Assembly: GCA_022710185.1 (NCBI GenBank)
Contig: JAKLHK010000004.1
Span: 3,669-67,668, forward strand
DNA length: 64,000 nt
Direction of reading: 5' to 3'
Source: Bacteroidota bacterium
GTDB taxonomy: Bacteria; Bacteroidota; Bacteroidia; Bacteroidales; JAGNHN01
Part shown: piece by piece, positions 19,221 to 28,559 of the stretch
How the letters are laid out: each line of letters starts with the position of its first letter
Position numbering within the stretch: the first letter of the stretch is position 1
Translations under genes and position numbers: made by a program
The notes under the pieces: generated by a model
Databases searched by the model: none
What the model was told of the DNA's origin: nothing
Seen by the model: the letters and a program-made list of their open reading frames with translations, nothing else

Positions 19221-20219
19221 TTACTCCTCTTTCCACCCGGCAATAACCTCCGCGATCTGCACGGCATTGGTGGCGGCGCCCTTGCGCAGGTTGTCGGAGA
19301 CGATCCACAGGTTGAGCGTCTTCGGGGCGCTGGGATCCCGGCGGATCCTTCCCACGAAGACCTCGTCCCGTCCCTCGGCCAGCTGAGGGGTGGGATATAC
19401 CGAGGCTACGGGATCGTCGAGCACGAGGAGCCCCGGGGTGGACCTCAGCAGGGCCACCGCTTCTTCCAGCACATATTCCCGGTGAAAGCTCACATTGACC
19501 GACTCAGAATGCCCGCCCTTCACCGGCACCCTGACCACCGTGGGCGACACGCGTATGCTCTCGTCACCCAGTATTTTACGGGTCTCGAACACCAGCTTGT
19601 CCTCTTCCGAGGTATACCCATCCGCCTGAAAATGCCCGCCCTGTGGGATGAGGTTCAGGTCAATGGGGTGGGGGTAGGCCTTAGGTCCATCTACGCCCCG
19701 CCTTTCGTCCATGAGCTGCTGCAGCCCTGCCACCCCCGATCCGGTCACACTTTGGTAGGTGGACACCACGATGCGGTCGAGGCCATAAGCCCGGTGCAGC
19801 GGGGCCAGTGCAGCCACGAGCTGTATGGTAGAGCAGTTGGGATTGGCGATGAGGTAATGGTCGCGGGCCATGCGGTGGGCATTGATCTCGGGCACTACCA
19901 GGGGCACCCCGGCCTCCCGTCTCCAGGCCGAGCTGTTGTCGATGACATAGGTTCCCTTCTCCGCGAAGCGGGGCGCCCAGGTCAGGGAAGTGCTTGCCCC
20001 CGCGCTGAACAGGGCGATGGCCGCACCCGATGCCAGCCCTTCCTCAGGGAGTACGACCTTCAGTTCCCGGCCCAGGAACTGCAAGCGCTGACCGGCCGAC
20101 CGCTCGGAGGCCACCGGGATAAGCTCCAGGGGTGAAGGGAAGTTCATCTGCCGCTCTTCCAGCACGTTGAGCATCGTCCTGCCAACCATGCCGGTGGCGC
20201 CGAACACCAATATCTTCAT
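19221..20219 (-). CDS. asd: Aspartate-semialdehyde dehydrogenase
   Basis: The ORF track gives 19221..20576, but the conserved N-terminus MKILVFGATGMVG (Rossmann motif) starts at 20219. It has the active-site NPNCSTIQ and overall Asd similarity. The upstream 119 codons overlap the divergent gene region. Confidence 0.92.
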   Translation of the reverse strand: MKILVFGATGMVGRTMLNVLEERQMNFPSPLELIPVASERSAGQRLQFLGRELKVVLPEEGLASGAAIALFSAGASTSLTWAPRFAEKGTYVIDNSSAWRREAGVPLVVPEINAHRMARDHYLIANPNCSTIQLVAALAPLHRAYGLDRIVVSTYQSVTGSGVAGLQQLMDERRGVDGPKAYPHPIDLNLIPQGGHFQADGYTSEEDKLVFETRKILGDESIRVSPTVVRVPVKGGHSESVNVSFHREYVLEEAVALLRSTPGLLVLDDPVASVYPTPQLAEGRDEVFVGRIRRDPSAPKTLNLWIVSDNLRKGAATNAVQIAEVIAGWKEE

Positions 20220-20280
20220 TCTTTTTGGGCGTTTGAAGGGGGTCAGAACGTCTAATTTCTGCGAGATAAAGTTAAGGATT

Positions 20281-22857
20281 ATGCAAAGGCTGATGATGTT
20301 GCTCCTGGGACTGCTTTGGTGCAGCCCGGGCGTGGGCCAGGTGGTGGAGCATTTCACCGACGGAGGCCTGGGGTCAGACCCCCAGTGGCTGGGGGATACG
20401 GCGCATTTCACGGTGAACGTCTCCGGCGAACTCCAGCTGGATGCCGGGGGAGCGGGCGTTTCGGCGATACACACCGCCAACACCCTCTGCGACAGTACCG
20501 AGTGGCTGATCCGGCTGAGGCTGGCCTTCTCCCCTTCGTCCAGCAACCTGGCCCGGGTGTGGCTCATGGCGCTCACCCCCCTGCCCGGGGGCTACCAGGA
20601 TGGGTATTACCTGCAATTTGGGGAGAGCGGGAGCGTGGATGCCATCACCCTCGTCCTGGACTCGGCCGGCACCGCACACGAGTTGTGCCGGGGCCCTTCT
20701 GGCCAGGTGGCCGCTCCCTTTGACCTGGAAGTCCGGGTCACCCGCTCCCGATCAGGGGAATGGAAACTCATGGCCAGGGAACCCGGCCAGCTGGCCTACC
20801 TTACCCTGGCCCAGGCCACGGATACCCGCATCACCGGAACAGCCTGGTTCGGATTGCAGTGCATCTACACCCAGAGCAATAGCAAGAACTTCATCTTCGA
20901 CGACCTCATTATCCGGGAGATCTATCGTGACCTCCTTCCTCCTACTCTGGACACCGCCTGGGCCGAATCCAGGGAGGTGGTGGTGATCAGGGCCAGCGAA
21001 GCCCTGTCCGGTGAGGCCCTGGACCCGGAGAACTATCTGATCCCGTTCACCGGCAGGGAACCTGCCCAGGTGAGCTGGCAGGGCACGGATCATAAAGCCG
21101 TTTCCCTCTTCTTTCCCGGGGGGCTGGACAATGGCGACCACCTGCTGCGTATCGGCACCTGGTGCGATGCGGACACCAACTGTAGCGGCGGGCTGAACGC
21201 CCTGTTCACACTACGCTACCCCCTGCCCTGGGACATCGTGATCCACGAGCTGATGTTCGATCCAGATCCGGCCCCGCCTGCTCTTCCGGCTACGGACTAC
21301 CTGGAGTTGCTCAACCGCAGTGCTTATCCCCAACGGCTCTCAGGATGGAAGCTCTGGATCGGCCCAACCCCTGTCCTTCTCCCCACCCTTGAAGTGCCGG
21401 CAGGGGGCCTCATCGTGCTGACCCCCAAGCCCCAGGCCTTCCAGGGCCTGAGCGGGTGCTACGCCCTGCAGGCGCTTACCCTCCCGAATGCCGGGACAAC
21501 ACTGCGCCTGACCGATGCCTGGGGTGTCCTGATCTGCCGGCTGGACTACCGTCCGGAATGGATCGACGACCCTTTCCGGGCCGAAGGCGGATGGTCGCTG
21601 GAGCAGGTGGACGAGGGGCGCCCCTGGGATCCGGAAAACAACTGGAAGGTGAGCCATGCGGCAGCCGGGGGCACGCCCTGCGCCCCCAACAGCAGGGCAG
21701 GCATCCAACCCGACGACCATGCCCCCCGACTGCTGAAGGTCTGGCCTGTGGGCCCGTCCAGCCTGCGCCTGAGCTTCTCCGAGCCCATGGGTGCCCCGGT
21801 GCGCGAACCCGGCCGCTATGCCCTGACGCCCGACAGCCTGAAGATCCTGGGCATCTCCGATGCCTCGGGGGCCGGCATGGAGCTTACCCTGTCCACCTCC
21901 CCCCTGCCGGGGGAAGGCATCCCCTGCAGCCTGCAGACGGGGGACGGGCTTATGGACCTCAGCGGGAACCCCCTGCCATCCACAACCCTCTGCTTCGGAC
22001 AACCCATGGAAAGTCGGGCGGGCGACCTGGTCATCAATGAACTGCTGTTCGATCCCTGGCCCGGAGGAGAGGATTACGTGGAAATATATCACCGATCAGA
22101 TCATGTACTGGACTTGCAATGGCTCAGGTTGTGCTCCCGTGACCCGGAAACGGGGGAGGTACAGCAGATCAGCAGGATCTGCCGGGATACGGCGCTGCTC
22201 TGCCCGGGGGAGTTCCGGGTGCTCTGCCCTGATCAGGAAGCCGTCGCGGCGCAATACCCCCAGGCGTGCGGTGAGGCGTTCCTCGACGATATGGCGGACT
22301 TTCCTTCCTTCTCCGACGGGGAAGGCGGGGTCCTCCTCAGCCGCTACGATGGCCTGTCCATCGACGCATTCGACTATGATGAGTCCCTGCATTCGGCCTT
22401 CCTTTCCGACCCGGAAGGGGTGGCCCTGGAACGCATCGACCCGGACCTGCCGGCGGCGCGTGCCGACAACTGGCAGTCGGCATCCTTGGCCTCGGGCTAT
22501 GCCAGCCCGGGCTGCCCCAATGCCCAGCCGCCTGCGCAGGAAACCAGGGAAAGCGTGGAGGTGGCGCCCCCTTTGCTCAGCCCTGACGGGGACGGCAGGG
22601 ACGAGGTACTTACGATAAGCCTGCGGCCGGGCCGGGCCGGGAGCCTGGCCAACCTCCGCATCTTCACCGAGGGCGGACGGCCCTGCCGCACCCTGGCCCT
22701 GGGGGCCCTGCTCGGGGAAGAAGACCATTTCTACTGGAAAGGGGAAAACGAGGGGGGCCAGCGGGTCGCCCCAGGCCGCTACCTTGTGCTGGTGCAATTC
22801 TTCCATGAGGATGGAAGCACCCAGGCCCTCCGTGAGCTGGTGTGGGTGGCCTACTGA
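20281..22857 (+). CDS. Large secreted protein with two lamin-tail (LTD) domains and a T9SS type-B-like C-terminal domain
   Basis: Start chosen at the signal peptide MQRLMMLLLGLLWCSPGVGQ. LTD signatures are VIHELMFDPDP...DYLELLNRS and LVINELLFDPWPGGEDYVEIYHRS. The C-terminal LSPDGDGRDEVLTISL resembles the gliding-motility-associated CTD. Confidence 0.75.
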   Translation: MQRLMMLLLGLLWCSPGVGQVVEHFTDGGLGSDPQWLGDTAHFTVNVSGELQLDAGGAGVSAIHTANTLCDSTEWLIRLRLAFSPSSSNLARVWLMALTPLPGGYQDGYYLQFGESGSVDAITLVLDSAGTAHELCRGPSGQVAAPFDLEVRVTRSRSGEWKLMAREPGQLAYLTLAQATDTRITGTAWFGLQCIYTQSNSKNFIFDDLIIREIYRDLLPPTLDTAWAESREVVVIRASEALSGEALDPENYLIPFTGREPAQVSWQGTDHKAVSLFFPGGLDNGDHLLRIGTWCDADTNCSGGLNALFTLRYPLPWDIVIHELMFDPDPAPPALPATDYLELLNRSAYPQRLSGWKLWIGPTPVLLPTLEVPAGGLIVLTPKPQAFQGLSGCYALQALTLPNAGTTLRLTDAWGVLICRLDYRPEWIDDPFRAEGGWSLEQVDEGRPWDPENNWKVSHAAAGGTPCAPNSRAGIQPDDHAPRLLKVWPVGPSSLRLSFSEPMGAPVREPGRYALTPDSLKILGISDASGAGMELTLSTSPLPGEGIPCSLQTGDGLMDLSGNPLPSTTLCFGQPMESRAGDLVINELLFDPWPGGEDYVEIYHRSDHVLDLQWLRLCSRDPETGEVQQISRICRDTALLCPGEFRVLCPDQEAVAAQYPQACGEAFLDDMADFPSFSDGEGGVLLSRYDGLSIDAFDYDESLHSAFLSDPEGVALERIDPDLPAARADNWQSASLASGYASPGCPNAQPPAQETRESVEVAPPLLSPDGDGRDEVLTISLRPGRAGSLANLRIFTEGGRPCRTLALGALLGEEDHFYWKGENEGGQRVAPGRYLVLVQFFHEDGSTQALRELVWVAY

Positions 22858-22869
22858 GCCAGGGGCGGC

Positions 22870-23565
22870 CTACTGCAAGGTTGAGGCAAAGGCGGTAACG
22901 CTCACCTCCTCCACCCCCTCCTCCAGCAGGCGCATAGCCGCGGCTTCCAGGGTCGCCCCGGTGGTAATGACGTCATCGATCAGCAGCACCCGCTTCCCTT
23001 TCAGAGGATGTCCGGGGCGGAGACGGAAAGCCTCCGAAACGTTTTCCCAGCGGGCATAGCGGCCCTTGCGCGTCTGGGTGGAGGTGAAGGATGCCCGTAC
23101 CAGGCTCTTGGTATCCAGGGGAAGGCCCAGCGCCTGCGAAAGGCCCCGGGCAATGCATTCGCTCTGGTTGTAGCCACGTTTGCGCAGCTTGCGCGGATGC
23201 AAGGGCACGGGGATCAGGAGCTCCACCCCATGCAGCGCCCCACCCTCCAGCAGGCGCTGGCCCAGCATGCGGCCCATGAACTCGCCCAGGGACTGGTCGT
23301 CGCGGTATTTGAGGCGATGCACCAGCTTCTGCACCTTGTTGCCCTTGCGGAATACATAACCCGCCGTCGCCGAACGCAGCGGCACCCGTCCCCAGAACGC
23401 ACGGGCCACCACATTGTCGGGGTCCTTCTCAAATCCGGTGGCCGGCAGATGGAAACGGCAGCGAAGGCAAAGGACCTCCTCGTCACGGTATAGGCTGTTC
23501 GAACAGCAAACACAGTGACGGGGAAAAAACAGATTGAAAAGATCGGTGAACATAGGCGCTGGCAT
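22870..23565 (-). CDS. ComF-family phosphoribosyltransferase-domain protein
   Basis: N-terminal Zn-finger-like CxxC...CxxC (CVCCSN...CLRC) and a C-terminal PRTase loop (VLLIDDVITTGATL). Confidence 0.85.
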   Translation of the reverse strand: MPAPMFTDLFNLFFPRHCVCCSNSLYRDEEVLCLRCRFHLPATGFEKDPDNVVARAFWGRVPLRSATAGYVFRKGNKVQKLVHRLKYRDDQSLGEFMGRMLGQRLLEGGALHGVELLIPVPLHPRKLRKRGYNQSECIARGLSQALGLPLDTKSLVRASFTSTQTRKGRYARWENVSEAFRLRPGHPLKGKRVLLIDDVITTGATLEAAAMRLLEEGVEEVSVTAFASTLQ

Positions 23566-23686
23566 ATTGGGGTTTGTATTGAATTAGACGTTCTGGGGAG
23601 GGCAGAACGGAAAAAGAACAGTGATTTTTTAGGCTTTCCTAACTTCGTGGCCTCATCCTTCATACATCAAGCCTATATCCACTGAT

Positions 23687-25819
23687 ATGAGAAAGTCCCT
23701 GCTCCTCCTCCTCGCCCTGGCCTCCCTGGGCTTCATCCATGCCCAGGACAAACAGCTCAGCCTGCGCGACGCCACCTTCATGAACCCTGCGCTGCGGCCG
23801 CAGGGCCTGCGCAACCTGGCCTGGATGGGGAATACCGACGCCTATGCCTTCATCGAAAAGGAAGCCCTCGTCCGGGGGAGGATCAATGCCGAGTCCAGGG
23901 ACACCCTGCTGCGGCTGAAGGACATCAACGCCGCCCTGACGAAGCAGGGGGCCGGGGAGCTCAAGCGGTTCCCCGCCCTGGAGTGGATGCAGGCCGACCG
24001 TTTCAGCTTTCACCATGAAGGAAAGGTATGGGGATACCATACCACCGAGCATACGGCCAAGGTCCTGGCCGCCTACCCGGAAGAGGCCGCCGGCCTGGTG
24101 CTGGAACCCCACACCCTCGCCCTGGCCTATACCGTCGACAACAACCTCTTCATCCACAGCAAGGGCAAGGACATCCCCGTGACCACGGATGCCGACCAAG
24201 GCATAGTGAACGGACAGACCGTGCACCGCAACGAATTCGGCATCGAGGGAGGCATCTTCTGGTCGCCCGACGGCCGCAGGCTGGCCTTTTACCGTAAAGA
24301 CGAACGCGCCGTGGCCGAATATCCGCTGGTAGAGATCGGCGGACGCATCGCCGGGGTGAAGACCACCCGCTACCCCATGGCCGGCGAGGCCAGCGAGCAC
24401 GTCACCCTGGGGGTGTACGACATCGAGACCGGCCGCACGGTGTTCATGCAGACCGGGGAGCCCGCCGAACAATACCTCACCAGTGTTACCTGGGCACCCG
24501 ATGGGAACTCCGTGTTCATCGCCCTGCTCAACCGCGGTCAGGACCACCTCCGCCTCCATCGCTATGACGCCCTCACGGGACAACTGTTGAAGGCCCTCTT
24601 CGAGGAGAAAGACCCCAGATACGTGGAACCCGAACATCCCCTCTACTTCCTGCCCAACGATCCGGAAAAGTTCCTCTGGCTGAGCGAAAGGGACGGATAC
24701 CAGCATTTCTACCTGTACAATACCGAAGGAGTGTTGCTGAACCAGGTGACCCGGGGAGAGTGGATGGTGACCTCCTTCGAAGGCTTCGACCCCAAAGGCC
24801 GCATGGTCTATTTCATGTCGACGGCCGCCGGGCCCCTGGAAGAGCAGCTCTATGCCGCCGACCTTAAGAAGGGCCGGCTGCAGCGCCTCACCTACGCCCC
24901 GGGTACCCATAGCGTGGTCTTCCGCGAGGACAAAGCCTATTTCTTCGACGTATACAGCAGCACCACAGTGGCCCGCGAATACCTCCTGCTGAACAATAGC
25001 GGCAGCCTGGTGGAGATGATGCTGGAGAACAAGGACCCGCTGGAGGGCTATGCCCTGGGCGAGATGAAGCTGTTCACTCTCAAGGCCGACGACGGCAGCG
25101 ACCTGCATTGCCGCATGATCCTTCCTCCGGGCTTTGACGCCACCAGGAAATACCCCGCGCTGGTGTATGTGTACGGAGGGCCCCACGCCCAACTCGTTAC
25201 CAACTCCTGGTTGGGGGGCGCGGGCCTGTTCCTCAACTATATGGCCCAGGAAGGTTTTGTGGTGTTCACCCTCGACAACCGGGGTTCGGCCCATCGCGGA
25301 AAGGCCTTTGAGCAGGCCCTTTTCCGCAACTGCGGCAGCGTAGAGGTAGCCGACCAGTTGAAGGGCGTGGAGTACCTGAAGAGCCTCCCCTATGTGGATG
25401 CCGGCCGCATAGGCGTGAACGGCTGGAGCTACGGAGGGTTTATGACCATCAGTATGATGCTGAAGCATCCCGGGCTGTTCAAGGTGGCCTGCGCCGGCGG
25501 ACCGGTGATCGACTGGAAATGGTACGAGGTGATGTATGGGGAGCGTTACATGGACACCCCCCAGGACAACCCCGAGGGGTATAAGGCCAGCAGCCTGCTG
25601 AATTACGTGGACCAGCTCGAGGGCAAGCTGCTGGTGATCCACGGCACCATGGACCCCGTGGTGGTATGGCAGCACAGCCTGGAGTTCCTGAAGAAATGCG
25701 TGGACGAGGGCAAGCAGGTGGACTATTTCGTGTACCCCGGGCACGAGCACAACGTGGGCGGCAAGGACCGCATGCACCTCAACCAGAAGATCGCGGAGTA
25801 TTTCAAGGAGAACCTCTGA
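23687..25819 (+). CDS. S9-family dipeptidyl-peptidase IV
   Basis: Signal peptide, DPP-IV N-terminal beta-propeller region, catalytic GWSYGG serine motif, and a C-terminal D/H (HGTMDP..., YPGHEHN). Confidence 0.92.
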   Translation: MRKSLLLLLALASLGFIHAQDKQLSLRDATFMNPALRPQGLRNLAWMGNTDAYAFIEKEALVRGRINAESRDTLLRLKDINAALTKQGAGELKRFPALEWMQADRFSFHHEGKVWGYHTTEHTAKVLAAYPEEAAGLVLEPHTLALAYTVDNNLFIHSKGKDIPVTTDADQGIVNGQTVHRNEFGIEGGIFWSPDGRRLAFYRKDERAVAEYPLVEIGGRIAGVKTTRYPMAGEASEHVTLGVYDIETGRTVFMQTGEPAEQYLTSVTWAPDGNSVFIALLNRGQDHLRLHRYDALTGQLLKALFEEKDPRYVEPEHPLYFLPNDPEKFLWLSERDGYQHFYLYNTEGVLLNQVTRGEWMVTSFEGFDPKGRMVYFMSTAAGPLEEQLYAADLKKGRLQRLTYAPGTHSVVFREDKAYFFDVYSSTTVAREYLLLNNSGSLVEMMLENKDPLEGYALGEMKLFTLKADDGSDLHCRMILPPGFDATRKYPALVYVYGGPHAQLVTNSWLGGAGLFLNYMAQEGFVVFTLDNRGSAHRGKAFEQALFRNCGSVEVADQLKGVEYLKSLPYVDAGRIGVNGWSYGGFMTISMMLKHPGLFKVACAGGPVIDWKWYEVMYGERYMDTPQDNPEGYKASSLLNYVDQLEGKLLVIHGTMDPVVVWQHSLEFLKKCVDEGKQVDYFVYPGHEHNVGGKDRMHLNQKIAEYFKENL

Positions 25820-28033
25820 TCAGGGAATCTGCGTATCGGCCATACATCGCAGCGAAAAGCCCATGGCCCGCGAGAAGTAGGCCCTGTTGATCTGCGCATT
25901 GGTTGCGGCCAGGATGCGGTAGATCTTGGCCAGATAAACGGAGGAGGTCCAGAAGTACCCCATCGTGTTGAGGTAGGAGAAACTGCCGGCATAGTACCGC
26001 TGTCCACCGCCCAGGGCCGTGAATCCGCTGCTGTTGGTGGCGGTATTTCCCGTGTTCCAGTGGGCCGTTCCCGCTTCCTTCAACTGGGTCCCGATATCGG
26101 TCCCGCTCATCTGGAAGTCGATACAGTTCACGCTGGTATCCAGTAAGGTGGTCATCGTACACCACTCATCATCCGTAGGGATATGCCAGCCCGTGGGGCA
26201 GATGCCCCGGGTGCCGGCCGTGGTAACGTATCCCATCGCTTCGTTCCAGTCGTAGAGCCCGCCATAGATGGCACATTGGCCCGGATCGTTGTTGAAGCAG
26301 TACTTTTCGATGATGCCGTTGTTGCTCACATCCGAGTGGTTGCTTCCCGTATTTACGCTGCTCACCATCGTCCCGATGTTGAGGTTTTTCGCCATCCAGC
26401 ACTGGGTGCCGATCGTCACGGTCGGGTATAGCTGTCCGTCCCGCATGTCCGTCAAGGTATCCCCGCACTGCTGGAAGGTCTGCACCGGGGGGAGGACCAC
26501 GAAGGGGACAGGGACACCGCCGCCATAGGTGGTGGTGAGGGTGGTGGTGCCGGTCAGGGCGATGAGGTTCTGGATGATCATGGAGGGATCGTTGCCCAGG
26601 CCGCTGTATTTCACCAGGCCGTCCATGCGGATATCTTCGGGATAGTATCCGCCCAGGGTCGTGGTCAGGGAGCTGGACCCGGTGGCCTGCATGATGCGCT
26701 GGAACACCAGGGCGCGGTCGTTCCCCTGGCCGCTGTATTTCAGGGAGCCGTCGTGGTTGAGGTCGCCGGCGATCATCGCCTCAGCTCCGGAGGGCATGGT
26801 GATCACGCAGCCGCCGTAGGCCGGCAGGCGGGAGGTATCCGTGAAGTCGTAGAGTATATGGCCGGGTACGGCCACCTTGTCCCGGCTCATCAACGTCAGG
26901 TGGTTGCGGTGCTGGAGGGCGAGGTAATAGTTTCCCGGGGGCGAAGTAAAGCTCAGCCCCGGCAGGCCGTTGGTGTCCAGGAGCATGCCGTCGGTGCGCA
27001 GGACCGCGGCACGCCGTTCGATCACCGTATCGGGGGCCCTGCGCAGCTCCACCAGCACCCAGTCCACCATATCCGTGGGTATAGGGTCTGCGGATTCCGT
27101 GCCCGTATAGGACCAGGGCGCCACATGGTAGGGCTGGGCTACAGGCAGCAGACCGGAAGTATTGAGTATGGGCGCCAGGCTGTCGCCCGTCCTCCAGGCG
27201 GCCTGCAGTAAGGCCCTCAGGTGGAGCAGGGAGTCGGGAAGCTGCTGCGGCGCCTGGTAGAGCGCCGCCACCTCCTGGGGCGAGAGGGGGCGGTTCCAGA
27301 GGCCGATGTCATCCAGGCTTCCCTTGAAAGACCGTTGGAAGCTCAGGCTGTCGATGTTCAGGCCAATCAGGAAGGGGGTGATGCTCTGATAGGCGATGTA
27401 GGAACTGAAGGTCTGGCTGGCCAGCGGACTGCCGTTCAGGTAGAGCTTCGCCAGGGTGTTGTTTCCGCTGGCATGATAATCCAGGGTGAAGGCCACGTGG
27501 TACCATTGCCCGGTATCTATGGTGGCCAGGCCGCTGCCGCTGAGCACCTGGTCGGCGAAGGTGGTATTCCGGAACATCCCGCTCACCTCGGTATTGGGGG
27601 GGTTCCCGGTGATGATCTGAAAGCCCCCGCTGGAGCCGAAGGGTCCGATATTGGCCAGCAGGACATTCTGGTCCCATCCTCCGGGGCGGTGCTCCACCTT
27701 GAACCAGGCCGCCACCGAGAGGCTGCGGGCGTTGGTGAGCGCCGTGTCGTTGGGGCAGACGATCTTTTCGTTGGTCCCGGGGAAGAGGAACGCGGAGGCG
27801 CTTTGGCCGAAGCGGTCGGGGGCGGGCAGGGCGCCCATCACCGTGCCGTGGTTGGCGTGACCGCTGGCATCGGCGGCGTTGCCGTCGAAGGGGTACCAGG
27901 CCACCAGGCCGCTGTCGGGCACATGGGCGGGGATCTGGGCGTTGAGGGGCAGGGTTACCACGCCTATCAAAGGCAGGAAGCCATAGAACATGATACGTGC
28001 ATTCATATAAAGATTATTGTGGTGGGCAGGCAA
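25820..28033 (-). CDS. Secreted LamG-domain protein with a C-terminal FISUMP (Fibrobacter succinogenes major paralogous) domain
   Basis: LamG-like region (LSVAAWFKVEH...GSLDDIGLWNRPLSPQEV). FISUMP signature is CWMAKNLNIG...YGGLYDWNEAM...CPTGWHIPTDDEW...GYFWTSS. An alternative start lies at 28006 (MNARIMFYGF signal peptide). Confidence 0.85.
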   Translation of the reverse strand: MPAHHNNLYMNARIMFYGFLPLIGVVTLPLNAQIPAHVPDSGLVAWYPFDGNAADASGHANHGTVMGALPAPDRFGQSASAFLFPGTNEKIVCPNDTALTNARSLSVAAWFKVEHRPGGWDQNVLLANIGPFGSSGGFQIITGNPPNTEVSGMFRNTTFADQVLSGSGLATIDTGQWYHVAFTLDYHASGNNTLAKLYLNGSPLASQTFSSYIAYQSITPFLIGLNIDSLSFQRSFKGSLDDIGLWNRPLSPQEVAALYQAPQQLPDSLLHLRALLQAAWRTGDSLAPILNTSGLLPVAQPYHVAPWSYTGTESADPIPTDMVDWVLVELRRAPDTVIERRAAVLRTDGMLLDTNGLPGLSFTSPPGNYYLALQHRNHLTLMSRDKVAVPGHILYDFTDTSRLPAYGGCVITMPSGAEAMIAGDLNHDGSLKYSGQGNDRALVFQRIMQATGSSSLTTTLGGYYPEDIRMDGLVKYSGLGNDPSMIIQNLIALTGTTTLTTTYGGGVPVPFVVLPPVQTFQQCGDTLTDMRDGQLYPTVTIGTQCWMAKNLNIGTMVSSVNTGSNHSDVSNNGIIEKYCFNNDPGQCAIYGGLYDWNEAMGYVTTAGTRGICPTGWHIPTDDEWCTMTTLLDTSVNCIDFQMSGTDIGTQLKEAGTAHWNTGNTATNSSGFTALGGGQRYYAGSFSYLNTMGYFWTSSVYLAKIYRILAATNAQINRAYFSRAMGFSLRCMADTQIP

Positions 28034-28095
28034 GGCACGGGGCGGAGGCTTGCGATAAGGCCCTGAAAGATAAGGAATATAGGAGTGAATTGCAA
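27966..28095. repeat. 130-bp direct repeat, copy 1 (covers the 5' end and upstream region of the LamG/FISUMP gene)
   Basis: Aligns base-for-base with 29724..29853, with 4 mismatches in 130 nt by hand alignment. Confidence 0.95.
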
Positions 28096-28211
28096 CGGCA
28101 ATGGATAGCCGAGGTGAATTCTCTCTAATTTTAATCCACCTGCCATCCCAACCATCGGATGCTAATAGTTAATTTACACTTTCTGTAAATAATTAATTTG
28201 TATCTGTAATT

Positions 28212-28559
28212 ATGATCATTACCTTTGCAGACAGAACGCTTATGAAATATGCCAATGATCAAAGTCTGGCGAAGAGGAAGCTTGGAGTCCAACAAGCGGA
28301 GCTTTTTCATAGACGCCTGGAAGACCTCAGAGATTCAGAATCTTTTGCTGACCTGGAACATTTACCGGGAAATCATCATCAACTAAAATTTAACAGAAAG
28401 GATCAATGGTCCTGTGATTTGAATCAGCCATATCGTCTAATCTATATTCCAGCGTATGATCCTGTTCCAAAGGATGAGGATGGAAGACAATTATTAAAGG
28501 AATTAACGGCTGTACGAATTCTTGAAATCAACAACTACCACAAGGAGGGTAAACGATGA
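28212..28559 (+). CDS. higB: HigB-like (plasmid maintenance system killer / RelE superfamily) toxin
   Basis: 115 aa. The pattern ITFADR.L.KYANDQ..A.RKLG...A....RL.DL......DLE.LPGNHHQL...R..QWS..LNQPYRLIY matches the Plasmid_killer/HigB family. There is a 4-nt overlap with the downstream antitoxin-like gene. Confidence 0.8.
   Translation: MIITFADRTLMKYANDQSLAKRKLGVQQAELFHRRLEDLRDSESFADLEHLPGNHHQLKFNRKDQWSCDLNQPYRLIYIPAYDPVPKDEDGRQLLKELTAVRILEINNYHKEGKR

Noticed and set aside
20220-20576. N-terminal extension of the asd ORF (451 aa in the track) and the 20167 start of the plus-strand LTD gene
   Set aside because: The conserved Asd N-terminus, the Rossmann MKILVFGATG, begins at 20219. The LTD protein has a clean signal peptide starting at 20281. 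The extensions overlap each other across the divergent promoter region and have no protein-like features.
23660-25777. 705-aa ORF antisense to the DPP-IV gene. Similar long antisense ORFs lie at 60711..63074, 27221..28066, 12808..13824 and 110..787.
   Set aside because: These are typical GC-rich shadow ORFs. Their composition is low-complexity and rich in G, A, V, H and P, they have no recognisable motifs, and each fully overlaps a strongly supported gene on the other strand.
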